Shown piece after piece: positions 38,282-50,941 of a DNA stretch of 63,850 nucleotides. The stretch is from Amoebophrya sp. A120 (lineage: Eukaryota > Protista > Dinoflagellata). Where the stretch lies: contig CAJINV010000002.1 in assembly GCA_905178155.1 (NCBI GenBank), forward strand, positions 7,098,893-7,162,742. Reading direction: 5' to 3'. The notes under the pieces were generated by a model. It saw only the letters and a list, made by a program, of their open reading frames with translations. It made no database searches and had not been told where the DNA came from. Position 1 is the stretch's first letter. The number at the start of each line of letters is the position of its first letter. The position numbers and the translations under genes are program-made.

Positions 38282-40674
38282 ATGTTCGGTGCCTGTCTGT
38301 CCACGTCCTCCGCGTCGATGCAGGATGACTTTCTCGTCGGCCCCTGCACCGCGGTCTGCCAGCGCCCGGTCGTGAATACGCGGTCCAGCAGCAAACAGCC
38401 AAAGCGGTCCTCTTCGTCCTCGCAGCACCACATGGCTCTCGTGCCCAGCTTCGAGAAAAAGTACCCCCCGACGGGCCCGACGGAGGACGATTTGAAGCAG
38501 GTGCTGGTCCGCTTGTACCACGATCCGGCGCTGGCCTCGGTGCTGTTCCAACAAACAGGCAGTCCTGGGAAAACAAGCAGTGCAAATAAATCTATATCTA
38601 GTACGAATAAAAATGATCCTAGATCGGCCTATCCGCCGGCGAAAATCCCGTGGGAGGTTTTCTGGAAGGAGAATTTGAGATTTCTCATCCACTACGAAAC
38701 GAAGAAGCCGGAACTGCGGCTGAAATCCTCCCACCTAGTCCAATTCCTCGTGCTCTTCCGCCACAGCGTGAAAAACGACGTTTTCGACCTAACGAAACCG
38801 ATCGACGAGAGGAAGTACCAGGACGCGTTCGAGGGGATTTTGACGAAAGACGTGAACACGCAGCTGATAAAGGACATCGCCCGCGCGGAATGGACCATCG
38901 ACGGCGAGGGCTTCTCTTTCGCGAAGTACCTGGAAAGCGCGAAAAATTTGTCTAGCGTACATACCGGCATGGACCAGAGCACGAACTCGACCACGGTCGG
39001 TGGGAGCAGTACGGTTTCGTCGTATAATGTGGCGATGAACAGTGGAAATAAGGTATCATCTTCAAATCACAATAGACCTCTGATCAACACGTCCTCGACG
39101 GCCGTTCCGCCCGCCACAGACAATAAAGAACCGTATGCGGTTTATAGTAAGTCAAGCTCTTCCACCATGTCGGAAGAGCCTAAAAATAGAGCTAAGGCGG
39201 GAGTTGTAGGATCAACGGGCAAGAGCCAGCAAGTAAACTCCTCACTTCTGTCTACCGGCAATATTAAAGCACCTGCTCCTGCGCCAATCATATCCTCTGC
39301 GATGTCACAGCTCCAAAAGGAAGAGAAATTGAAGGAGAAGTTTCAGTATTTTTTCCTCGAAAAGCTGGAGAATTTCTTTCTGGCCTTCGCGAAGCAAGAG
39401 AAACTCTCCGCAAACCACACCTCCGCACTGATACAGGCGGTGACCACGCAGATGTGTCAGTGTGGACTTGCGAACTTGGACCGGGGAAGCTACAGCCGGA
39501 AGTATTTGGTTTCCGGGACAAATTTGGACCAAACCACAGTGTATTCGTTGTCGAAGGATGGGGACTCGTTGAAACTGACGCTGATGTGCATGAAAACGAA
39601 TTTCACCGACTACTTCGACATGACAGTTGGAGGAGGCGTTGTAGCAAGTAGTAGTAGTGCAGCAACTGGTTCGGGGAGTGGTACAGGTACAGGTACAGCA
39701 CACCTCGTCCCGGGAGCTGGAGAAGACGTAGTGGTGGTCCCCGAGCAGCAGCAGAAGCGGCACACCGGTGCTACTGGTACCAGTACTGGCGCACCAGGAG
39801 CAGCGTCGTCTGCATCGAATAAACTGAAGCAGCCAAGTGTCGTCTCAAAAACGTCCCTCTCAACCACCTCTGACACAACGCGGACCGCGGATCAAGCAGC
39901 CAAAAGCAACGCTCTAAACGCGAATATTAAAAACCCGTCAGCACCATCAGGATCAGCAGCGGCAATTTCCCCGAACGAAATTGTGATTTCTCCGACTACC
40001 ATCTCGGAAATGAACCCCACGGAGCCGCCAGAATCCGCAAGATCTGCGGGAAGCTTGTACCTCGCCGACGCGAAAAACACCAGCACCGCGATATGCATTG
40101 CAAAAGTATCGTACTAGTACAAATTGCATTACAAATCTTATCAGAAAGAAAAATGGAATTTGTAATGCTAATTGAGGTAAAAAGGTAGGTTTGTCATGCA
40201 AGATTGCAATTAGTACGAGTACGATACTTTTGCACAGGATACGCGAATCTGTCCTACAATCCGTTGTTCTGCCAGCCTCCCGCCTCCGCCATCAAAATCG
40301 CACCGGTGAGTGCCAACAAAGCGCCCAAAGTAGCCTCGCCTGGGAGTAGAGATCGGGTCATTGCTGGGGATGTTTTACACGACAGCGCGCAACATAAAGC
40401 CCAGCTTGCGGAACAGCAAGAAGCCAGCATAATGAGCGACGCCCCGTGTCGCTGCGCGAGCGGGTCGTATCTCTACCAGCACGCGACGCTGAAATTTACT
40501 CCGAACAAGGCAGCGAACGGGGTCGGTGGAGGAAGTACTGGAAATAATGCCGGGATTGGAAGTGCGGGTGTGAATACAGGGCCTGCGGGGGATCGTGGTG
40601 CAGCGCGCAGTATTGAGTATGTGTCTGTCGATGTGATTGATGGCCTTGATGAAGTAAAAATCATTCCGCCATGA
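38282..40674 (+). CDS. Hypothetical protein (2 exons, non-canonical intron)
   Basis: ORFs 38282-40117 and 40204-40674 join in frame (..STA|NLSYN..) after removing 155 nt. Globular patches separated by S/T-rich linkers. Confidence 0.75.
40092..40241. mobile_element. Introner, family B
   Basis: TATGCATTGCAAAAGTATCGTACTAGTAC / GTACGAGTACGATACTTTTGCACAGGATA. Perfect CGCGA direct repeat (40087-91 / 40242-46). Confidence 0.9.
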
Positions 40675-41557
40675 TGAGGAAGCAGCTGCAGGCAGAGCAG
40701 TCCTAAAAACGCTCAAGCATGTTGACCATAGTTATAAATGCAAAGCACGCTGCACGCGCAAGAACATGTTGACTGTGTAGAATCATGATATTAAGTACTT
40801 CTAAAGTGCTGCTAATACCATGATGGCGAGGCTCGCGCTGTCGTTGTCGAGAAAGCTGTTGCTCAACAGGAGGAGCTAGTATGGTAAGCTTTATCAACTG
40901 CTCAACAGCCAAGGAGCTCTGCGCTCAACTGTAGGGCGAAAAGCAAGAGCTAGAGCTTCGAAGCCCGGAATTAAGGCGGACGCACGCGCAATGCTGGCTA
41001 CAGATTGCTCTTTCTTTGCGTTCTACTGCAGCTCTACTTTTCCGCCACTTGGCTGAGAATGAAAAGGATGAAGATGTCAATAATGTTGCTTGCTGCTGGT
41101 GCTCAATTCAGGTTGATGGAAGATCAAAACACCAACAACAAAAAGGATCACAAGCCCTCATACGCTCCGGTTTATGATCATCAAGATCTTCCTCTAGCAC
41201 AACACTTAGTTTTACTCTGCTATGTGCTTTTCACACTTGCTCATGCTTGTGCCTGTGCGTTCGCCAAGTTTAGGATGATACTTTTTTTCCGGACACGATC
41301 GGTGTCATTCGTATGTTTCATTTTCGTCAGACATGGAACATGTGTATTTTTGAATTGTCTCACGTTTCTGTAGTTTCTCATAGCTAAAACATAGCTGTTC
41401 ATCAGGTCTTGATAGATTCACTTTGAGTTTGTTCTGCATATTTCTAATTTCGGAGTTTTTTTATTTTTTTGTACTTATTTACGCCTAGTAGATCTAGATC
41501 CAGTTGCAGGCTAACATTTCAGCTGTCGAAACTTGTTGAGCTTCCATTTTCGAGAAG

Positions 41558-44210
41558 ATGAGTTCTTCACCACGACCGGAGGTCAGTCTTACCGGCTGGA
41601 GCGACTTGCAGAACTCGATGGATGACGATCCGGATGATCCCGTCTCGCACCGGCCGGCGGAGAAGGGGATGAACTCCGTGAAAGATCCTGTCGTCGAAAA
41701 TCAAAGTGAGCGAGGTATTGGAATATTTTCGGCAGCAGACAGCCCTTCTCCCGTGTTTTTCTTCGTGATGTCAAAAAGATGCTGCGCTTGATTTTTTGGT
41801 TTTGGAATCGAAAGACCCTCACGTAACCACATGAAATAGAAAAAATTAAAAATATGCTATCAACTCCTACAGTTCTGTCTCCGTATCGCCCGTTGCCGCC
41901 GCCGATTGGTCCCTTGCCTTCATCTTCGGGCAAGGAAAAAGACAAGACTCCCCAAAATGCGCTGGACGACAAATGGCCGGTTCCGTCGCCGCACTACACG
42001 GTCGTGCCCATGGAGGGTACCGCCCCGGCGACGACGCACGAGGTTTTCATGCTAGCTGGTTCAGCATCTGTTTCCGAAGCTTATTTGCCACCGGAGATTT
42101 CTACACCAGGCTCTAACTATGTTAGTACCTCGGCACCTTTCGTTTCAACTGCTGATGGCAACTACCCCGCTAGTACGCCGGTTAATATGTGCTGGACCAC
42201 CCCGACTCACGAAGTTGTGCCCGTTCCAGGAGTGTATGGAGATGACGCAAACTACTCGTACTACAACGTGCAGCCTGGTGTTCCAACTCAGTTTGTCAAC
42301 GGGTCGGACGGGGGTTATTTCGCTGCAGCCTCCTTCTCGCATCCAGAACAAGTGCAGCGCCAGACTTATTTCACTTGCGCCGCGCCGGACCCGGACTCCT
42401 GGTTCTGTTCCACGCCGGCGGTAGAGACAAACTATGAAATGAACAGCGGCAACGGCGGTGAAGAAAAACAGCAACAAGATGTCTCATTGGTCAACAAAAA
42501 CATGACGTCCACCACTTTTACCGAAGATGAATACGATTTTCCGCAGTATAATTTCAATGACTGTGACAGTACGACGAGGGTTGATGAGAGAAGCGCATCG
42601 ACATCCGACGTTGCAACGGCGTTGGGTGAACGCGCCCCTGCGCAGCTGAACAACCCTGAAGATTTTCATCATGATGCCACTTGCTCTACCACTTCTACCC
42701 ATGGCGGAAAGAAGATCATGGCGGCGATTTCACCGGATCTAGAGTCAACTTTGCTGACTGCGGAGCCGACTACGGAGATGAAAGTGAAACACTGTGCGAC
42801 GGATGATCTCGCAGCGCCCCCGCGCTGTGCTGACGACGGAAAAGAGATGGCTGGGTCGTTCCAAGGACACGGAAAAATGGTCTGTCACTCGTCCGCTAGC
42901 ACTTGTTGCTCCGATCGAGCCGTTGTCGTGGAAAACAAGGAGTATCTTCATGGGTATCATGATGGGGGAGGTTCTTCCGACTTAACGCAACACGTGGATG
43001 ACCGCGACGGGGTACAGCTGGTTGTACATGATGAACAACAGGTCGTCGCGGACTATCGCGATCTCCATCAAGAAGTCCTCGCACAGACCACAGAGGAGGA
43101 ACGTGGAAAGCCAACAGTTGTCCGCCAGAATCGTCAGTTTGTAGCCAATCACGAAGCTGCGGTCCAGAGCTTACAAGACCACGGAAAATCGCAGCTAGAC
43201 ATGGGCCAGCTCGTCAATCTCGTGTGGTTCGAACAGTATGCCAAGAAGGAGGTCGAGTTAGTGCGTGACGCGCTGAAAAGCGATCACGATGCGCGAGCCG
43301 AACTGTGTGGATTTATCACACAGAAGACCAGTGGGGCCCTGACCACGGGCATTAACGCGCTGCAGAAAACACTGGACTGGTGCGGCAACAAAAGCAAACC
43401 GCAGCTGGCCTCCCTGCAGAGGTACGAAGTGCGGCAATTGGAGGAAGAGATGGCATTGCGTGCAGAATGCTTAGAAAATCAAAGGACAAGCCAGTGTCAA
43501 GTGATCAACACAATCTTCGGACCCCAAGGACCGGAGACCGACGAGGAAACTGCTATGCGCCGGAGCAGGGCACTCCAGCTGAAGACTTTGAACGACAATT
43601 ATGACATATTCAAGCGGAACTTGGAGCAGGAGAAGACTCTCAGAGCATCTGCGGTAGTGATGAAAATAAATTTGACCTAGCTTATTGCGTGCTGGGCGAA
43701 GTGGAGTTTACATCATTCGTCATTGTAATTTCTGATGAAGAAGCAGATCATCATCATTTTGGAGCCTAGTGAAATTATCTATCTTGTTCAAGACACTGCA
43801 GGATCCGAGTTAATATTCTGCGTTCCACTTTTTATTCATCGAGCCCGAATCCAAAGAAGTGCGCATGTAGATGCATAAAATTCCACGTGATCATACAACG
43901 CACAATACTACAGATTGACTCCAAGTACAAGTCTCTGCTCGACAAGTACGACGGTGCGCAGGAACACTTGGTCGAGCAGATTAAGGGGTTAAGCGAGGCG
44001 CGGGACCAAGTTCGAGAGAAGGAACTGCCGGTTTACAAACAAAAAAAGGACGAGGCAGAGCGTCGTTCTGAGCATGCTTTCGCAAAGATCGTGGAACTTC
44101 TCAAACTTGCGATTGACGCTTCTGCGTGGTACGGCCGCGCGCTGGTTCCGGAGTCAGGAGGTGACGGTGGGGCGCCGTCTTGCGCCGGGACGGCGACGGT
44201 GTATCAATGA
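41558..44210 (+). CDS. Hypothetical protein with C-terminal coiled coil (3 exons)
   Basis: Frame-consistent GT-AG introns 41715-41872 and 43654-43913. Confidence 0.75.
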
Positions 44211-45196
44211 ATTCCGATCTAAATCAAGATGACCACATCATCTTCATACATTTACGACGATAGTGCAACGTATAGGATACAGCTTTGTGACCTATCGGCC
44301 GTGCTATCAGATCATCCATCAAAAAAAAAAAATTCCAAGAAATACCATAAAAAAGAAGAATTGAGATCGATACATATATAAATTCCTTTGAAAAACTGAG
44401 CAATAACATACGTATTCATATATACGACCATGTTTCGATATTCAGACTTCTCTGATGTTAGTAAGCGACGATAAGCGATGTGCGGTGCTGCAGTGAGAAA
44501 CCCTCGAGATGCAGCTTGAACGAACTCGAGCCCAAACCTCCGCACGCCCCCCCCTAGTGCAGGATAAATGATGATGATGACGTATGTAGGTTATCGCAGT
44601 TCCTTTGAAAAACCAAGCAGCGACCTAGCTAGGTCTAGGTCTGTGCTGATTGAACCTTCAGTCACCGCAGAATGTGAAGTGGCAACATCAATCGGTTGTA
44701 TTTCTAAAAAGCGCAACTTACACCCACCGTCAGCCCTGAATTGACCCTCAGAGGCGCGCACTCGCGTGCAGCTGTAATGACACAGAGATGTCTGGGCCTA
44801 CCTGTTCTTTTGTGCCTGGTGTAGTTGGTGTAGTTCTTTCTTCGAGTTCATCTACCTAACTGGTCGCTGATAACAATCAATAAGCAGAAGAGTGTTCTTG
44901 TTCCGATCATCCATAGGCACCGCACCTGGAAACGCAGACGCAATAAAAAAGTAAGACGGCCATCGATCTGGAGCAAACGAGAGTTCCGCGCAAATTCATA
45001 GAAGAGAGAGAAGTTGTACCTGTAAGCGGCAGGAGAGGACAACGCGCGTAACCTTTTAATCGTAGTTTCTCGTGCGAAGCTGTTGTAGACCACCTCCGTC
45101 ACTCCTTTGGATATCCGAGGAAAAGTCGATTGTTCTTCTTGGAGAAAGCGAATATAAGTAAACAAATCATAGGGCTTAATAGCCGCGAACGAAAAC

Positions 45197-46659
45197 ATGC
45201 CAACTTGTTCCTCACCAGCTTCAAAACCTTTGCGCGACACCAGCCTCCATCCAGCAGGTCCGGCTGAACAAGGTCCAGACGAAACTACTGCGCCCGGCCT
45301 TTTTGGTATTGCGCAGAGCAATGTGGCCTCTACTTGTGCCATGATAGCTCGTACGCCGCCTCAGATGAAGGAAGATAGCGCTTCACCTACGTCCTCGGGA
45401 ATTTCGTACCCTTCTCTTGGGAATTTAGCACCCACCACTTGGGAAGCGGCGCTTTTGGGTTTCGTCGCCGAGAAGGTGCAAGCGGTCCAGGATACCTACG
45501 ATGGATCCCACGACTTCGCGCACATCGTCCGCGTCGCGCGCCTCCTGGAAACGCTTTTGGAGCGCGAGGACGCTGCGGTGGCGGGATCGCCACGTGGTCT
45601 TGGCGCGACGGCCGCGCCAGAAGGAGATACTTCTTCCTGTTTTCGCCCATCCTCGGCAGATGAAGAGGTAGTACAGGGCGACTGCAGGTCCACCTCGCGG
45701 CCTTTATTCAGCAGAAGTGATCTTTTGGTTGCGCGTTTGGCGATTCTCCTGCATGACGTTGACGACCACAAATACGCAAAACCGCCGGGGGACGAGAGTG
45801 GGAAACCTTCTTCCTCTTTCGCAGCGAAGATTTTCGCAGAGACAAGGTGTTGGGAAGAAGTAAACGTCGACGATGGAATATTAGAAGCAAAAACTTTCCT
45901 TACCCCTGAGATCATCGACCGCGTCACGTTCCTGATTCAGCATGTGTCCTATTCAAAAGAGCAGAAATTTGTGCGCGCGCACGGGAAAGAGGCTTTCACC
46001 GAGCAGGTTCACGCCAAGGAATGCATGCTAAAGTACGTGCAGGACGCGGACCGCATCGATGCGCTCGGGGCGTTGGGCATCGCGCGGTGTTTCGCCTATG
46101 GTGGCAGCCAAGCTCGACCGCTCTACTCCGAGGAAAGCCTATTTCAGCTGGAGGAAGGGTAAAAATGCTGGTGTTTCCTGCTGCTCATGCTCAAGTGTTG
46201 GCATACGCAGGAATGATGGACATGGCTTGTTCGAAAGTGCTGCATATCCAAATCGTGATCTTCCATACTAGGGGCATTCTATGGAACATTCCTTTATCGC
46301 CGCCCTGGCCCTCCTCGGAACCTGCTCCGTAGATTAGGTTGTGCTGCTTGATAATGTTGTGAAAATACTTATCTTTGTGACATCGAGGAGGAGGAGTAAA
46401 CTGACTCGTGCTGTATGATCCTGAAAATCCATTCATTCAAACATCATATCGCAGCTGTGACAGCCCCGGAGAAGTTCCCGAAAGCGTCCGGTCGCAAGCG
46501 GATCGTCTCGAGGACGGGGTCGCACATTTTTACGAAAAGCTGTTTTTTCTGAAAGAGCGCCTGAGCACGGAGTCAGCTCGGGAAATGGCAGAGCAGCGGC
46601 ACAGATATATGGTGCAATTCCTGGAGCAGATGCGAGAAGAGGCGGCGGGAAGGCGATGA
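45197..46659 (+). CDS. HD-domain metal-dependent phosphohydrolase (YedJ/YpgQ-like)
   Basis: [65 protein letters not shown] intron 46159-46454; start uncertain. Confidence 0.9.
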
Positions 46660-47348
46660 CGATGCTGAGACTGCTGCTCGTTGCAGTAGCTATATATAGC
46701 GAAGAGGCGCCCTCATCAAGATGAAGACTGAGAAACACGTACGCATTCAATTCTACTGCGGAGGTACAACACGTCGACGCACTTAGACCACCTAGAGCTG
46801 CTCGAGGCAACGATAGGCCACACACCCGATCTTCAGTTACGGCCAAGGTAAAGGCTTTCAGTCCTTGGCGTAAGTGCTGCGGGACAGTGGTTTAGCGAGG
46901 GTGACAGAAAATTTGAGCACGATCCCGGCCACCTCCAGGTAGAGGAAATACAGAAAAGATCAGATAAACAAGAATTGCGCTGCCAGTTAGGAATCTGACA
47001 GCGGAGAGCAACGAGTATAGGTGGACTTGCCGTGTATTCGCCAAAGTATTTGGTGCCGTTATGCGCGTGCAGGCACGACAGGCCGCGCGCTCTCGTGGAC
47101 GGCATTCGCTTTCCCCCGAGGAACGATCCGAGGCGTAAAAGCGGCCGGAATAGGGCTAGTCGTCGCAGTTAGAGCCAATTCAAATCTGAGAACAAGAACG
47201 AGAAGAAAGACTAAACTCTCCACGATTGGGATTGTCCCTCTTGAACTACATTTTTGCTTTTTTAGGAAGGAGCCCGGTCGTCGTACATCTATATCATCTT
47301 ACCTTTTCATACATTGCCGCGCGGTTCTTTTACTTGTTCACAATCAAA

Positions 47349-49153
47349 ATGCCTGCCGCCCCGACCGCAGCTACCAAGCTGATCACTCTGGACACGGCTG
47401 TCCGCGCAGCCGCACAGCGGAGGCAGCAACTACATACGCCAACTGTCGCCCCGCAAGCAAAGAATGACACGCATGATCCGCAGCATAAGCGGCCCAATCC
47501 GCAGACTGTCCAGCCTGGCGGGGTGTTGTTTTTGCCGTCACCGACAAGCGCCGCGACAAACCAGCGCCTTCAGCTGCACGAAGTACACACTCCAAAAAGT
47601 CGTCGTGCCATTAGCCTGGAACAAGATGAAGCAGGAAAAAAGGATGCGAAGGAGCAAGGCCATCCACCTAATTCCATGCTCACTCCCACACCCTGCCGCG
47701 CAAAAATGCAAAGCAGATTGTCCAGCAGAAACAAAGTCGACACTTCTGAGGACCACAAACACAACAGTACCAGGGACTCCATCGCATCAACCACATCCAC
47801 ACAAAAGGAGAAGCGTCTCTCGACGCAAATTCATCAGAACAACAAGCAGCTATCCACAGTAAATTTCCCGTACGCGTACAATTGCAGTCTCTGCATGGCA
47901 AAACTTGCCATCAGTCCTAGTCTAGCATGACAAGTTGGACAGTGCAAGTTGGCGCAATTTGTCATGCATTTTGTACATGTACGGGAAATTTACAGTGCAT
48001 AGCAGCAAGATCCCCCACGGATGAACGACTACTCCGACGTGCTAACCGGTTTGACCGGTTATCAAATGTGAAAATGTCTGGGTCTGGAAACTTGTGATGC
48101 TGGGTGGCGTCTCATGATGAGCCCACAAGTGCTGGCTCAGCATGACAAGTTTCTGAGCTTCTAGGTGTTGCCCAATCTGCATGACAAACTGCGTTTCTGC
48201 ATCACAGAAAAATGGAGCTCTTGGGTAACGTGCATGACAGATTTAAGAGTCATGCCAGACAAGCATGACAAACATGCAGTCTTCCAGACCCAGACACTTT
48301 TGCACTTGATACCGGTTCGCAGGGGTCCATCTCCCTAGTCACCGCTCTGTTGGCTGGTTTCGCGTTTGCAGGTCTCTCCTCCGTCAGCCGGGAGGACTAC
48401 GAAACCGGGCCGGCGTGGGCCTCGTACTCCTTTCCAGTGGTCACAGGGATTTCCATTGCCTTGTCCCTGTACACGAGCGTGTGTTGCGCAATTTTGGAGC
48501 AGCAAGGGCGAATCGCAAAGGCGTTGGCAGTCGCGAGAGGGGAAAACACGGTGGCGAGGGTGAAATACGAGCAGCAGTTGGAAAAGTGGTACATTTGTAA
48601 TCTCCGAAGATGAAAAAGCCTACCGCGCATTCGTGGATATGATGCGTGAATGTCGTGACCATTCGGTCGGTGTTTAGTTTCTTCAATGACCCGCTTCGAT
48701 GTGAGTACTTCTTCTGTTTTCATTTTTGTTCTTTGCGGGAGTTGTCTATGTCTTCAACATGTCATATCAATCTACTCCAATCACGACATAAATGATCTCG
48801 ATAGGTATGGCGAAGATTCGTTTCGCACGTGGCGCACGCAGCTGGTTTGGGTTTTCATGTACGGCTCCCCGTCCTTTGCGGTTTCCATCGGACTGATGTG
48901 CGTCATCAAAATGCCCCTGGTCCAGGGCCTGATTTGCTTTGCCGTGTTTGCGGTCCTCGGCGTTTCCATCATCTCCACCCTGCTTTGGTTAAACCGACCC
49001 TTCCGCGTGAAAGTTTTGTGTCTGGCAGCCACCACGCACGCCGCCCCTTACGAAAGTGTAGATAAGAAGAGCCCCGCGATGCTGTTGTTCTCTGAGCGAT
49101 GGGTAATAATTGTTTTCCTCGTGCTCGTTCGTGACGCAACGTCACACGCATGA
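47349..49153 (+). CDS. Four-TM membrane protein (4 exons)
   Basis: Removing 156 nt (47850-48005), 257 nt (48059-48315) and GT-AG intron 48589-48804 gives ..MNDYSDVLTGLTGSQGSISLVTALLAGFAFAGL..KWYGEDSFRTWR.. with four hydrophobic segments. Start could instead be ATG 48021. Confidence 0.7.
47851..48001. mobile_element. Introner
   Basis: TATCCACAGTAAATTTCCCGTAC / GTACGGGAAATTTACAGTGCATA. Perfect GCAGC direct repeat (47846-50 / 48002-06). Confidence 0.88.
48060..48311. mobile_element. Introner, family A
   Basis: TATCAAATGTGAAAATGTCTGGGTCTGGAA / TTCCAGACCCAGACACTTTTGCACTTGATA. Perfect CCGGT direct repeat (48055-59 / 48312-16). Confidence 0.9.
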
Positions 49154-50941
49154 TTCCTGCGCTGCCGCCGGGGCTTTTTGGCTGCGTAGTTTGCATGGAA
49201 AGTTCTTGGTCCGCGGGTGGAATTGGAAGGAGCGGCCAAAAGAACAGATTTGTATAGTTTTTCTACAGCCCGCCCGGCATGATGTGTTGTTTTGTAGTCA
49301 GGGGGAAGCTGTATCTTTCAGGTCGTGTCTGTTACTCCTGGATATTGTGAGTGTAATGTCAACGAGGGAACATAGGGGGTCCTCTTGTCCACGCCTCCAT
49401 ACACTCCGGGTGAGCAACATGAGCGACGAAGTGGTCCGATTGGAAATGAAGGAGCGACGCGAGTCGGAATTGAGCGTCGGGAATCTGCACGCTGTGGATG
49501 TTGAAGACGGGGAATTTTTCGGGGGAAATGACGCATCAAGTCGAGATTGAAGTAAAAGTAATTGAAAATGAAATTTGGAGGCGCGCGGCAAAGATAGAAG
49601 TGTTGGAGAACAAGTTGCGGCTCCCCCACTCGGAGGATGACCCGTGCGGCCAAGAGCTGGCGTATGGAGAAATTCAATATATCGAATATAGATTTGAGCA
49701 TGAGTTTGAGTTTCTATTTCTCGTCTGAGCGTAGAAGCACGCTTAACATTAACAGTGCTTCGTTGTAAGTTTCGAAGAAATCGGCACTTTTCTGCGGGTT
49801 GGTGCCGCGCTGGAAGACTTTATACCCTTTGATTGTATGATACGGATCTTCACATACCAAAAGCCACGTAGTTGTACTCAGCAGAACATTCGATGATGAC
49901 AAAGACAATTGTACAAAAGTAGAATACTTAGCGTTAAGGTGTGATGTTGTGCGAAGTGTATGATGTTAAAGACAACTACCCCTGTTGCAAAATTATACGT
50001 CTGAGCGGCAGCATGGTAGACAAAAAGAACCTGACTACTACGCATACGCGAGACATCGCTATGCTCCTAACGTTCTTCGTCAAAGCTCAGGATCACACCA
50101 GTCGCACTTATGGTTCGAGTGGGGTATGTTCATCGCTCGACGGAGAAAGCAAAGGCGCAGCATTATCGTGACATTTTGTACGTTTCACTACTTTATTTCA
50201 TTCGTCGTCCGCCTCACAGCAGACTCTCACAGCAGTAAACTACCTAAGTGCGACTTTCTGCTAGAAGTGACAGCCAATTTAGAACCGCCCTCCCCCTCCT
50301 TTTCTGCAGCGATACGATCCAAACATACAACTCAGTGGCTGTAGATGATCTCTTGCTTATTTTGACAAGGACAAGCAGGACGAGCGAGTGGTAGCTAAAG
50401 CTGTCGACCTCGAGTACGTACCACAGTGCATAATGCTCACATGATTGGGCTGTTCGTGCAATTCGTCGAAAATGATCTTCCGGATCGTCGCAACCGGGGG
50501 TGTTGAAGATATTTTCATGACTCCAGCAAAGTCGGAGCCATCAACATCGTTTCTCTTCTTCAATCAACATCGTAGGAGCCATCAACATCGTTTCTCTTCT
50601 CCAAAGTAGGGGCTATAAACGTACATCGTCGACGTGTGCAACAATGATTTCATCCGTTGGGAAGGTTCGATGTCCTCCTCGTAATTGCTAATGGTGCCTA
50701 CAGCACGTCCCATTGATTCCGTGAAAAAGACGAGGAAGAATAATTATTGAAGCGTAGGCTTCTTTCAAACAACAACAAATTCTATCTAGGAAGGAATTTG
50801 ATTGATTCTTTTCTTTATTTATTTGTCCCTTTTTTCGTTGATTGTTTCAGGAGCGAGGGCATTTTTAAAACCCAAGACCTGTATGTCGTCATTCCTTGAT
50901 GACTCAGCCGTCTCAAGAAATAACGCAATCAAAACATCATC

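Noticed and set aside
40095-40237. GC-AG intron
   Set aside because: It creates an in-frame TGA at the junction. The CGCGA-bounded 155-nt removal works.
47859-47995. Inner GT-AG intron of 137 nt
   Set aside because: It puts the next exon in a frame incompatible with the following junction. The 156-nt repeat-bounded removal fits.
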